Shown here piece after piece: positions 9,469-18,705 of a stretch of DNA of 64,000 nucleotides. The notes beneath the pieces were generated by a model. It was not told the DNA's origin and ran no database searches. It saw only the letters and a program-made list of their open reading frames with translations. A program made the translations under genes and the position numbers. Every line of letters starts with the position of its first letter. The stretch's first letter is position 1. The DNA is taken from the NCBI GenBank assembly GCA_963735805.1, contig CAVTMK010000002.1, positions 640,001 through 704,000 of the forward strand, given 5' to 3'. The DNA comes from an uncultured Verrucomicrobiae bacterium (GTDB taxonomy: Bacteria; Verrucomicrobiota; Verrucomicrobiia; Chthoniobacterales; UBA10450).

Positions 9469-9580
9469 GTGGGAATGCGAATGCGTTCGCGAGTAATAGT
9501 GACCGGTGACGAGCGAATAGTCAAAGCGTCAAACTGGTTGGATGGGAAGCCGATCGCGGGTCGATATAGCCTGCTATGGC

Positions 9581-10831
9581 CTATCCTTGAAACGCGGTCG
9601 CCACCAAAGTGGCGTTGTGACCGCCGAAACCGAATGAGTTAGTCAAGGCAACGCGCACTTCCTGTTCGCGGGCGACGTTAGGTGTGTAATCAAGGTCACA
9701 TTCTTCGCCTGGATTTTCCAGATTGATCGTCGGCGGGATTACGGAATCACGAATTGCGAGCGCGCAAGCTGCCATCTCGATTCCGCCGGCGCCGCCTAAC
9801 AAATGGCCGGTCATCGATTTCGTAGAGCTGATCGCGACCTTGTAGGCGTGGTCTCCAAATACCCGTTTGATCGCCCGTGTCTCGCAGATGTCACCGATCT
9901 CAGTCGAGGTAGCATGCGCGTTAATGTAATCGACCTGATCGGGCGATAGATGCGCATGGTCGAGAGCCAGTTTCATTGCGCGCGCCGCGCCTTCGCCATC
10001 TGGCGGCGGAGCTGTCATATGATAGGCATCGGCGGAAACGCCGTATCCAGTCAGTTCGCAGTAGATCTTGGCACCACGCGCTTTGGCATGTTCCAATTCC
10101 TCCACCACAGCGATTCCTGCGCCTTCGCTGACTACGAAACCGTCTCGGTCGCGATCAAATGGGCGGGACGCGCGTTCAGGTTCGTCATTGCGGGTACTCA
10201 AAGCTTTCATTGCGGAAAATCCAGCAAGGCCAATCTCGACGATGGATGCTTCTGAGCCGCCGGCGAGGAAAATGTCGGCGTCGCCAAATTTGATGATTCG
10301 CCACGATTCGCCGATGGCGTTGTTAGATGTAGCGCAGGCGGTGACAATACACATGTTGGGCCCGCGCAGATCGAACTCCATGGAGATAAGGCCGCTGGCC
10401 ATGTTGCTAAGCAACATCGGAATAGTGAACGGCGAATTCCGAGAAGGTCCCTTCGTCAAAAGGATTCTTAACTGGTCCTGAAGGGTTCTCAGTCCGCCGA
10501 TCCCACTGCTAACGAGAACACCGAAACGGTCTCGACGCTCCAAATTCGCGACATCAATTCCGCCGTCCTCGAGAGCCATCTTCGCCGCTCCCATCGCGAG
10601 CTGTGAAAAACGGTCGGTGCGGCGAACATCCTTCGGATTTTTGAAGAATGGTTTCGGATCGAAATCGCGGACTTGCCCGCCGATCCTGCAATCGTATCCC
10701 GTGGTATCAAACGCATCGATTGTATGGATGCCACTAACCCCATTCTTGAGATTGGACCAGAACGTCTCCACATCGTTGCCGACCGGCGTGAGGACGCCCA
10801 GGCCGGTGATAACTACTCTGCGATCGGTCAT
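9581..10831 (-). CDS. fabF: Beta-ketoacyl-ACP synthase II
   Basis: RRVVITGLG, TACAT (catalytic Cys), NAHATST, KSMTGHLLG, NSFGFGGHN. Confidence 0.96.
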   Translation of the reverse strand: MTDRRVVITGLGVLTPVGNDVETFWSNLKNGVSGIHTIDAFDTTGYDCRIGGQVRDFDPKPFFKNPKDVRRTDRFSQLAMGAAKMALEDGGIDVANLERRDRFGVLVSSGIGGLRTLQDQLRILLTKGPSRNSPFTIPMLLSNMASGLISMEFDLRGPNMCIVTACATSNNAIGESWRIIKFGDADIFLAGGSEASIVEIGLAGFSAMKALSTRNDEPERASRPFDRDRDGFVVSEGAGIAVVEELEHAKARGAKIYCELTGYGVSADAYHMTAPPPDGEGAARAMKLALDHAHLSPDQVDYINAHATSTEIGDICETRAIKRVFGDHAYKVAISSTKSMTGHLLGGAGGIEMAACALAIRDSVIPPTINLENPGEECDLDYTPNVAREQEVRVALTNSFGFGGHNATLVATAFQG

Positions 10832-10873
10832 GGTGATGGATCGTTAAGCGTGAGGCGTTGAAACGTTAAAACG

Positions 10874-12052
10874 TCAGCTCGTTCCCATTCCAACGCTTTG
10901 AACTGTTTGAAAGAGCTTTCCTTCGGTCTTGATAGACGGCGCGATGATGATCTCCGTTTGCTGAAATTCAGCAATATTTCGAGCACCAACATTACCCATG
11001 CAGGTGGTAATCGCGCCAACCAAATTCTGGCTGCCATCGTCAACTTCTGCCGGACCAAATAGGATCTGTTTCAGCGAGCCGGTAGCGCCCACCTTGATGC
11101 GCGTCCCTCGCGGGAGATTGGCGTGCGGCGTGGCCATTCCCCAGTGATATCCGCGTCCCGGTGCTTCGCATGCCTTGGCAAAAGCACTTCCCACCATTAC
11201 GGCGTCAGCGCCACATGCGAGTGCCTTGCAAACGTCACCACCTCTGCTCATTCCGCCATCAGTAATGATCGGCACATAGCGCGATGTTTTTTTAAAGTAA
11301 GCGTCCCGCGCAGCTGCGCAATCCACAGTCGCGGTGACCTGCGGGATGCCCAGTCCAAGCACACCTCGTGAAGTGCAGGCAGCACCGGGGCCGACTCCGA
11401 CCAAAACCGCAGCCGGTCCACACTCCATTATTTCAAAAGTCACATCATAACCAACGGTGTTTCCTACAATCACCGGAATGCGCATCTCCCGGCAAAACTT
11501 CTCCAGATCAAGCGACTTGTACTCTGACGAAATATGTCGCACTGTGGAAACAGTGCTTTGTACGACAAAAACGTCCGCGCCGGCTTCCTGGGCAATCTTA
11601 CCAAATTCGGCCGCGCGCTGAGGAATGGAACTGACTGCGGCCAGTACGCCGCCGTCTTTGATTTGGCGCACGCGCGCCGCGATCAGGTCTTCCTGTATGG
11701 GTTCCTGATAAATTCGTTGGAGCAGTGCCGTGATTTCGGATTTGTCGGCTTCGACGATTTTTTGCAGCACCTCCTGGGGATTTTTGTATCGCGTTTGCAC
11801 TCCTTCGAGATTCAAAACGGCCAGCCCGCCCAATTTGTTCATAGCGGTGGCGAAACGAACGTCGACAACTCCGTCCATCGCGCTGGCGAGAATGGGAATC
11901 TTCAATTGGAGCGGCTTCGCGTCTCTGCACGGTAACCGGAAGGTGATATCGACTTCGTTTGGATTAATTGTCACGCGCCCGGGCACAAGCGCGATTTCAT
12001 CAAAACCGTAGGTTACGCGTGCTTTGCGATTCCGGCCTATCCACATTCCCAT
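10874..12052 (-). CDS. guaB3: GuaB3-family IMP dehydrogenase (no CBS domains)
   Basis: YGFDEIALVP, ASAMDGVV, GVGPGAACTSRGVLG, HWGMATP. Confidence 0.9.
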   Translation of the reverse strand: MGMWIGRNRKARVTYGFDEIALVPGRVTINPNEVDITFRLPCRDAKPLQLKIPILASAMDGVVDVRFATAMNKLGGLAVLNLEGVQTRYKNPQEVLQKIVEADKSEITALLQRIYQEPIQEDLIAARVRQIKDGGVLAAVSSIPQRAAEFGKIAQEAGADVFVVQSTVSTVRHISSEYKSLDLEKFCREMRIPVIVGNTVGYDVTFEIMECGPAAVLVGVGPGAACTSRGVLGLGIPQVTATVDCAAARDAYFKKTSRYVPIITDGGMSRGGDVCKALACGADAVMVGSAFAKACEAPGRGYHWGMATPHANLPRGTRIKVGATGSLKQILFGPAEVDDGSQNLVGAITTCMGNVGARNIAEFQQTEIIIAPSIKTEGKLFQTVQSVGMGTS

Positions 12053-12053
12053 A

Positions 12054-12293
12054 TTAAATTGGCTCCATTCTAAATCGTTCGTTTAAACTTCCACAGCGCG
12101 GGCACCGAGGAAGCAGGGCGTCCGTTCGATCCTCAAATTCGAACGCGCAAATCACGCAGCGCAGCCGATACTGCAGAGCCCGTCGCTCCCGCCGCCGGCG
12201 ATTCCATTCTCCCACTATCCAGAGGAGAAAAACCGCCGCAAGAAAAAGCAGCAAATAAATCGTAACCAGGGCGGCGAGACTAACTCGAATCAC
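12054..12293 (-). CDS. Small membrane-anchored zinc-ribbon protein
   Basis: N-terminal TM helix, Arg cluster, CVIC...CPRC; tightly coupled to neighbouring genes. Confidence 0.75.
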   Translation of the reverse strand: MIRVSLAALVTIYLLLFLAAVFLLWIVGEWNRRRRERRALQYRLRCVICAFEFEDRTDALLPRCPRCGSLNERFRMEPI

Positions 12294-13087
12294 GGCGTAG
12301 CGTTATCTGACTGTCTTGCCTGCGAGCGCGAAATGTCGCTGCCCCACTCGATTGTCGCAATGCCCCAGGTCAAAAACGCGTCGGCGCTGCGATTGTCCGG
12401 AGCACGCTGAGAGAAACGGCAACGCATGAGATAAAGGCGCCCCTGTACGTCCAACCCCGGATCACCCGAGGAATTCATCGGAAAACAGTACCTGATTTCT
12501 CCGAGTCTGCTCACTGCCACACGAAAACGAATCGCTTCAGGCGTTTCGCCATTTGAGGCGATGAACTTCAGCGCGGGCAATGTCGCAGGGCCAAAACTAT
12601 CGAGTTCCCTTGAAAACCAAACAGATGTTGAGATTGGAGCAGCAGCAAAAGAGCTCTTTTGCCGCTCCAACGGTACAGCGTCCGGCGGTTGGGAGTCGGG
12701 GGCGCGTGAATCCATTTTCAACGGTGGAAGCTCTTTGAGACTTGGTTCCATCGCGTAATAGGAGGGCACGTGTTCAACCTTCGGTAGAGCGCGAAGCCTC
12801 GCCTCGGGCGGACGATGAGTTGTAAAAGCTACTGCAGGATCTTCCGCGTCGATCCAGCGAAGTAACGTACGGCCCTCTTCAGATGCAGCTGTGATCAAAG
12901 AAACACGTGCCGGCGGCGGCAGAAGCGTGACCGTAGGTGGATAAACAACTTGAAAGATGTAAAAGCAGACAGCGTGTGCCAATAAGGAAAGCGCCAGAAA
13001 ACCTACGATGGCTGCTCGTCGACGCCGAGGTGAATCCCAGCTGAAAAGCAACGGGTCTGTCGTAAGCTCAGGACTAAGATGATTCAT
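12290..13087 (-). CDS. TonB-like membrane-anchored protein
   Basis: TM with SLLAH (SxxxH TonB motif), Pro-rich stretch and a TonB_C-like VSRLGEI...SSGDPGLD region; follows exbD. Confidence 0.6.
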   Translation of the reverse strand: MNHLSPELTTDPLLFSWDSPRRRRAAIVGFLALSLLAHAVCFYIFQVVYPPTVTLLPPPARVSLITAASEEGRTLLRWIDAEDPAVAFTTHRPPEARLRALPKVEHVPSYYAMEPSLKELPPLKMDSRAPDSQPPDAVPLERQKSSFAAAPISTSVWFSRELDSFGPATLPALKFIASNGETPEAIRFRVAVSRLGEIRYCFPMNSSGDPGLDVQGRLYLMRCRFSQRAPDNRSADAFLTWGIATIEWGSDISRSQARQSDNATP

Positions 13088-13488
13088 CGCGGCGGAGCAG
13101 CTGCAAGTGCCACCGATGTGATACCATGCTCAAGCGCAGCGTTTGTTACTTCGGTAACTGTCTCGTAGGAAGTGGAACGGTCTGCCTTAATGATAATTGA
13201 TTGTCCTTCGCGTTTCGCCGCGTCCAGTAATGGTCCAAGTTGCTCCATCGTGACGCGCTGGTCGCGGAAGTAGATGGCCGGAACTGCGCCGCCAGTAATG
13301 CTGATGATTTGCTGGTTAGTTTGTGGCCCAAGCGTAAAACGAGAGAACGGCATTGAAACGGAAATCCCCTGCTGCAAAATAAAATTCGAACTCAGTAACA
13401 AAAAGAAAACCAAAAGGAAGACGACGTTCACCAGTGCTACAAGCACAAGCCAGCCGAAGTTATAATCAATTGTTCGCTCAAGTTTCAT
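13084..13488 (-). CDS. exbD: ExbD/TolR-family protein (conserved TM Asp replaced by Asn)
   Basis: Single TM LVNVVFLLVFF; C-terminal IIIKADRSTSYETV. Confidence 0.85.
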   Translation of the reverse strand: MKLERTIDYNFGWLVLVALVNVVFLLVFFLLLSSNFILQQGISVSMPFSRFTLGPQTNQQIISITGGAVPAIYFRDQRVTMEQLGPLLDAAKREGQSIIIKADRSTSYETVTEVTNAALEHGITSVALAAAPPR

Positions 13489-13552
13489 GACAACGAAGCC
13501 TTAGCGTTAAGTCTTAATTGAGCTGCAGACTGCTTAAAAACTAAACCTCTGA

Positions 13553-14233
13553 TCAAAGATCCTGGCGCGCTTGAGACTCACGTGCCGCTTCGTCAGCAGG
13601 TTGAAAACTGATGATCCCGCTGATCGGACGGCTCTCCGTCAACATGTGCACAATTTCGATCCCTGCTCGTTCCATGTCATGGAGCATGTTATTCACGCGC
13701 GAAGAAAGATAACTGTAAGCGACGAAAGTTGGCGTGGCCACAACCAGACCCGCCGCAGCCGTCAGCAAACTCTTGTATACGCCGCTGGACAGTTCAGTCA
13801 CAGTCGCATAGCCGCCGCTGGAGGAGATTGTCGCAAATGCATCGATCATTCCTGCGACAGTCCCCAGCAAGCCAAGCAACGGTGTCAGGAAAGCTATCGT
13901 AGCGAGCACCGGAAGAAACCGTTCCAGCTTTGGGACTTCGAGTTGGGCGGCTTCCTGTACGATGTCGCGCAATTCGGTACGCGGTGCATCGTGCCGAATG
14001 ATTGCTGCATGAATGACCCGGGCTACCGGTCCTGGAGTTCCAGCAGATTCGTGGAGCGCCTCTGCAAAATTCCGTCGCCGAATCAGATTTGACAGTCCCT
14101 TCAAAAATTCGCCGACATGAATTGTGGCGCGGTGAAAATAAAAAAGACGTTCGGCAAAAACCGCAATAGAGATGATGCTACACACCAGAATTGGCCACAT
14201 TAACAGGCCGCCCTTTTGGATGTAATCAATCAC
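13553..14233 (-). CDS. exbB: MotA/TolQ/ExbB proton-channel family protein
   Basis: GGLLMWPI, PLLGLLGTVAGMIDAF and a third TM segment. Confidence 0.88.
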   Translation of the reverse strand: MIDYIQKGGLLMWPILVCSIISIAVFAERLFYFHRATIHVGEFLKGLSNLIRRRNFAEALHESAGTPGPVARVIHAAIIRHDAPRTELRDIVQEAAQLEVPKLERFLPVLATIAFLTPLLGLLGTVAGMIDAFATISSSGGYATVTELSSGVYKSLLTAAAGLVVATPTFVAYSYLSSRVNNMLHDMERAGIEIVHMLTESRPISGIISFQPADEAARESQARQDL

Positions 14234-14341
14234 GCAGTTTTTCTAGTCTTCTTTACGGGTTGTGGCAAGCCAACAACCAGATGTGATACGACTGATCGCT
14301 CAATCCAGCACTGCATTTGCAATCCCTCAAAGTAGCTTCCG

Positions 14342-14857
14342 TTATCGGGAGGCTTTCTCTCGTGCTTTCGGAGAAGACGCCGGGCGGACCTTGGGGGCAC
14401 TCGTGCCACCCACGAGTTTGCCGGATGCGTCAAACACGGAATAACCGGTTTGTTTTCCTGACGCATCGTAACTGTAAACGATCTTGTGCAAAAGCGCGCC
14501 CTCTTGGGTGCTTTGGGTCTCTTCCAGGAGACGGCCGGCATCATCATACTTGTAGTGGCTCTTGAAACGAAGGCGCCCATCGGGTCCGGAAATTTCGCCG
14601 CTCGAAAAACGTCCCGCATCGTCCAGTTCGTAACGAATCGTCTCGCGAAGCTTGCCATCTGGATCAGTGGTTGTCGCAACGGCCTTGTGCTGCGCGTTGT
14701 CGAATTTGTAAACGGTGCGTGAACCGTCTGGGTGCATCGAAACAGTCACCCTCACCGCATCACTCTGAGTTTGTTCCGGAGACTGGCTCAGTCCCGCTCG
14801 GCCGCTGAAAATAAGAACAGCGCACGCGATCGTGCGAGCTGCCGGGAAAAATTTCAT
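14342..14857 (-). CDS. Secreted hypothetical protein with YD/RHS-like repeats
   Basis: Signal peptide; repeated YxxD motifs (YKFDN, YELDDAG, YKYDDAG, YSYDASG). Confidence 0.65.
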   Translation of the reverse strand: MKFFPAARTIACAVLIFSGRAGLSQSPEQTQSDAVRVTVSMHPDGSRTVYKFDNAQHKAVATTTDPDGKLRETIRYELDDAGRFSSGEISGPDGRLRFKSHYKYDDAGRLLEETQSTQEGALLHKIVYSYDASGKQTGYSVFDASGKLVGGTSAPKVRPASSPKAREKASR

Positions 14858-14912
14858 AGCCCGAGGAGCTTACGGTTGAGGCGGGCAGGTGCAAATGACC
14901 TGAAATTTTTTA

Positions 14913-14965
14913 TTGACCACGCAAAGGGAAGGTGGTTAAAAGTGGGGTCAAGTGGAGCAAAATGG
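14913..14965 (+). promoter_or_regulatory. dcw promoter with MraZ-binding repeats
   Basis: TTGACC at 14913; GTGG at 14932, 14942 and 14952 and ATGG at 14962, spaced exactly 10 bp apart upstream of mraZ. Confidence 0.75.
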
Positions 14966-14985
14966 ATGAATTCTCCACTCGATAC

Positions 14986-15441
14986 ATGGACAACGATTCT
15001 CCACCCGAACGTTTTTTTGCCGGAGAGTTCCGACACTCTATCGACGAGAAAAATCGAATCACGATTCCTTCTCGCTGGCGGCGAGATCAGGCGGAGGAAT
15101 TCATTCTGTTGCCCGAGGCGACTCATCAATTTCTGCTCGTCATGTCGCCACTGGAGTTTGCGCGAACGAGTTCGACGGCCGAAACAAATCAAGGGGTTTC
15201 CGCGCGGGATCGCCGGATTTTTTTGCGCCATCTGCATTCACGCGCGCAGCATGCAAACGTTGATCGGCAGGGGCGTCTTGTTTTGCCCGAAGAGCTTTGC
15301 CGGAAGGTGGGACTGAAAGATGAAGTGGCTTTGGTCGGTAACCGGGGACGTTTTGAGATTTGGAATCTGCAGCGCTGGAAACGAGCGCACGAGGAGGAAA
15401 CAGCCACTTACCAACACGTGGCAAACGTCATTGGCTTGTAA
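14986..15441 (+). CDS. mraZ: Transcriptional regulator MraZ
   Basis: FAGEFRHSIDEKNRITIP, VDRQGRLVLP, FEIWN. Alternative ATG at 14962. Confidence 0.93.
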   Translation: MDNDSPPERFFAGEFRHSIDEKNRITIPSRWRRDQAEEFILLPEATHQFLLVMSPLEFARTSSTAETNQGVSARDRRIFLRHLHSRAQHANVDRQGRLVLPEELCRKVGLKDEVALVGNRGRFEIWNLQRWKRAHEEETATYQHVANVIGL

Positions 15442-15445
15442 TCAG

Positions 15446-16462
15446 ATGCTTGGTCAAAACGTTATCAACACATTTTGGTTTGAGCGGCCTTTATGGGCGG
15501 CCGTTGAGTCGTTTACTGCCGAAGAGGAGGCACCCGAAGTGGAGGAATTCATATATCACCGTCCAGTGCTCAAAAGCGAAGTGGTGGAGTTGCTCGAACC
15601 GAAACCGGGCTCGCTCATCGTTGATGCAACATGTGGCGGCGGTGGCCACACCGAAGCGCTTTTGGAGAGCGGCGCCAATGTTTTGGCACTGGACAGTGAT
15701 CCCGACGCGATCCACTACGTCGGTGAGCAACTGGCACGCTTTGGCGAACGCCTCGCTGTGCGGCAGGCGAATTTTAGGCGTGCACCCAGTGTTCTCGATG
15801 AGCTCGGCATTCGCATGATCGGCGGCGCGCTTCTCGATCTCGGTGTCTCTTCCAGGCAATTGGAAAATGCCGAGCGGGGTTTCAGCTTCATGCGAAACGG
15901 TCCGCTCGATATGCGCATGGATCCGCGAGCTCAACTGACCGCGGCCGCAATTGTAAACGAATACAGCGAAGAACAATTGACGCGGTTGTTTCGTGAACTG
16001 GGAGAGGAGCCGGCGGCGCGCCGCGTCGCAAGCCTGATTGTGAAAATGAGAAAGACGACGCCGTTTCGCGAAACTCTGCCCCTGGCACGGGCGATCGAAA
16101 AACTGGTCGGCCGGCACGGCCGCCATCATCCGGCTACACAGGTCTTTCAGGCGCTACGCATGGAAGTGAACGACGAACTTGGCGCGCTCGAGGACGGTCT
16201 GCGCGCGCTAACTGCGCGACTTGTACGCGGTGGTCGCATTGGGGTGATCACTTTTCATTCACTGGAGGATCGGATCGTGAAGAATTTCTTTCGTGATCAT
16301 AGTCGGGAATGGCTGGACAGGCCGGAGTGGCCCGCGCCGCAACGCAACCCGAATTACGATCTTAAACTGATTACACCAAAACCAGTTGAGCCGACTGAAG
16401 AGGAACGGCGCACAAATCCAAGGTCGCGGAGTGCAAAATTACGCGTGGCCGAAAAGAGTTAA
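15446..16462 (+). CDS. rsmH: 16S rRNA m4C1402 methyltransferase
   Basis: HRPVL, DATCGGGGH, DLGVSS, LDMRMD, FHSLEDRIVK, RSRSAKLR. Alternative start is GTG 15539 after GAGGAGG. Confidence 0.95.
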   Translation: MLGQNVINTFWFERPLWAAVESFTAEEEAPEVEEFIYHRPVLKSEVVELLEPKPGSLIVDATCGGGGHTEALLESGANVLALDSDPDAIHYVGEQLARFGERLAVRQANFRRAPSVLDELGIRMIGGALLDLGVSSRQLENAERGFSFMRNGPLDMRMDPRAQLTAAAIVNEYSEEQLTRLFRELGEEPAARRVASLIVKMRKTTPFRETLPLARAIEKLVGRHGRHHPATQVFQALRMEVNDELGALEDGLRALTARLVRGGRIGVITFHSLEDRIVKNFFRDHSREWLDRPEWPAPQRNPNYDLKLITPKPVEPTEEERRTNPRSRSAKLRVAEKS

Positions 16463-16464
16463 AA

Positions 16465-16833
16465 ATGAATCGTTCGCGTCGAAAAAATTGCAATACGGTA
16501 AACGCAGCGTCGCTGGCGCGATGGATTGTGGTAACAGCGTTTCTGGCGCTGGCCGGGTTGAGCTACGTCTATTTGACGCTTCAACTTTATCACCTGGGCG
16601 ATCGCAGGAAGGCGGTCGAAAATGAACTTGTTAGTCTCCGCACCCAAAACGACATCGCGAGCGCACAAATCGCAGCTTTGACCTCGCGGTCTGCGTTGCA
16701 ACGCCGTTTGAAAGAAGGCTATTTAAAAATGATGCCGATTTCGGAAGCCAACATCGTGAGGCTTACGATGCCTGCCGGTTCAGCGGAAGACGATGCGGTC
16801 CAACCCGTAGCCAATCCTTCTGGCGCAAAATGA
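16465..16833 (+). CDS. ftsL: FtsL-like cell division protein
   Basis: Lies between rsmH and the PBP gene; basic N-terminus, one TM and a coiled-coil region. Confidence 0.65.
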   Translation: MNRSRRKNCNTVNAASLARWIVVTAFLALAGLSYVYLTLQLYHLGDRRKAVENELVSLRTQNDIASAQIAALTSRSALQRRLKEGYLKMMPISEANIVRLTMPAGSAEDDAVQPVANPSGAK

Positions 16834-18647
16834 ATCCAAGCAGCCGAACTCGTTGCGTCTTAGTATGCGCTGCTTTTATCGGGTTGTTCAGCATTTTTTC
16901 ATTCCGTTTAATCTACCTGCAGGCAATCAAGCATGACGAATATGCCGGGCTCGCTGCTGAAAAACATGTTTACAAGCAAATTATCCATGCACAGCGCGGC
17001 ACGATCCTCGATTCGAATAGCGAAGTTCTCGCTGATAACATTCCTGTTGAAACCGTAGTGGCCGACGCCACGCATCTTAACAACCGCGAGGCGATCGTCG
17101 GTCTCGTGAGCAAGGAACTAGGGCTTCCGTCCACGCAGGTCGCGGAAAAGTTAAGTGGTGAGCGCCGATATATCATTATCAAGCGTGAAGTGCCTGAGCC
17201 GCAGGCAGGCGCGTTACGTGAGAAACTTCGCACGGCTAATCTTCGTGGAATTTATTTCGAGCATGATGCCACTCGCGTTTACCCAAACGGCTCGATGCTG
17301 TGCCATGTCATTGGATTTACCGACTTCGACCATCATGGCATCCAAGGCGTGGAAGCGTCGATGGAGGAATATCTTCATGGGCAGGATGGCTTTCGCTTCA
17401 TCGAACACAACCGCGCCGGCCAGGAAATCGTGCCTTATCGCGGACAGGAGCGACCGCCGCGAGACGGCTATCAAGTCCATCTGACTGTCGACCTTAGTCT
17501 GCAGAACATTGTTGAGAACGAGATCGATGCCGCGATGGCGGAATATTCCCCTCAAAAAGCCACGATTATTTTGATGCGGCCACAGACAGGCGAAATTCTC
17601 GCAATGGCTAATCGGCCGGATTTCGACTTGAACCTGCGCTCCGAGGCGAAGCCGGAAGAAATGAAAAACCGAGCCATCATCGACATGATGGAGCCAGGCT
17701 CCACCTTTAAGATCGTTGCCGCCGCCGCTGCCCTCAATGAAGGCAAGCTCCGACCCGATTCGACGATCTTTTGCGAGAACGGTCTTTGGAATTTCGGCGG
17801 CGCGGCACTGCATGATCACCGCGCGTTTTCGTATTTGAGCGTGCGTGACATCCTCGTCAAATCGAGCAATATCGGCGCAGCCAAGCTCGCACTGAGCGTG
17901 GGCGAGCAAAGGTTCTACGAATACATACGTCGATTTGGTTTTGGCGAGCGGACCGGGATTGAGCTGCCGGGCGAAATCAGTGGGCTCATCCGGCCTCCGA
18001 AAGCATGGAGCAAAATTTCGATCACGCGGATTCCCATGGGCCACGAAGTCGGAGTGACGCCGCTACAAATGACGGTGGCGATGGCCGTGATCGCTAATGG
18101 CGGCAAATTAATCACGCCACGAATCATTAAATCGATTACTACGCCGGAAGGAAAAACGATCAGCTCACTTTCTCCCGTAGCGCTGCGTCAGGTGATTTCT
18201 ACTGAAACATCTAGAGAAATCGGCGATGCGTTGCGTGGTGTAGTAAGCGACCGCGGCACCGCCGCCGCTGCTGCTGTTCCAGGTTTTACTATTGCGGGCA
18301 AAACCGGAACTGCGCAAAAAGTCGATCCCAAAGGCGGATACGAGCATGGGAAGTACGTTGTTTCTTTCGCTGGCTATCTGCCGGCGGAACATCCCGAGTT
18401 TGTCGGTCTGGTGGTGCTTGATGATGCGCACACTAGTAAACCGGAGCTTAACTACGGCGGGCTAATTGCAGGACCAATTTTTTCCCGAGTAGCGGAAAAG
18501 GCAGCCCGCTATCTAGATCTTGAGCCGCATGAGGAGATTCGCAAAGCGATTCCCGTAGAGCGAGTCGAAAAAACAACGCCGGCAGAGCGAATTCGAAAGG
18601 CTCGACCGGCGGAACGAATCGCCTTAACCAATGCTTCGCGACGTTGA
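16830..18647 (+). CDS. ftsI: Class B penicillin-binding protein (FtsI/PBP3)
   Basis: RGTILD, RVYPNG, EPGSTFK (SxxK), SSN, KTGTAQ. Confidence 0.93.
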   Translation: MNPSSRTRCVLVCAAFIGLFSIFSFRLIYLQAIKHDEYAGLAAEKHVYKQIIHAQRGTILDSNSEVLADNIPVETVVADATHLNNREAIVGLVSKELGLPSTQVAEKLSGERRYIIIKREVPEPQAGALREKLRTANLRGIYFEHDATRVYPNGSMLCHVIGFTDFDHHGIQGVEASMEEYLHGQDGFRFIEHNRAGQEIVPYRGQERPPRDGYQVHLTVDLSLQNIVENEIDAAMAEYSPQKATIILMRPQTGEILAMANRPDFDLNLRSEAKPEEMKNRAIIDMMEPGSTFKIVAAAAALNEGKLRPDSTIFCENGLWNFGGAALHDHRAFSYLSVRDILVKSSNIGAAKLALSVGEQRFYEYIRRFGFGERTGIELPGEISGLIRPPKAWSKISITRIPMGHEVGVTPLQMTVAMAVIANGGKLITPRIIKSITTPEGKTISSLSPVALRQVISTETSREIGDALRGVVSDRGTAAAAAVPGFTIAGKTGTAQKVDPKGGYEHGKYVVSFAGYLPAEHPEFVGLVVLDDAHTSKPELNYGGLIAGPIFSRVAEKAARYLDLEPHEEIRKAIPVERVEKTTPAERIRKARPAERIALTNASRR

Positions 18648-18705
18648 ACGCCTCGCCCTGGTTCGCGACTGTGAATCTGTCCCGTTGCGGACATGTTGAA
18701 ACCTC

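Noticed and set aside
17214..18044. 276-aa minus-strand ORF and other long antisense ORFs in the dcw cluster
   Set aside because: Shadow ORFs opposite well-supported genes, expected from codon bias.
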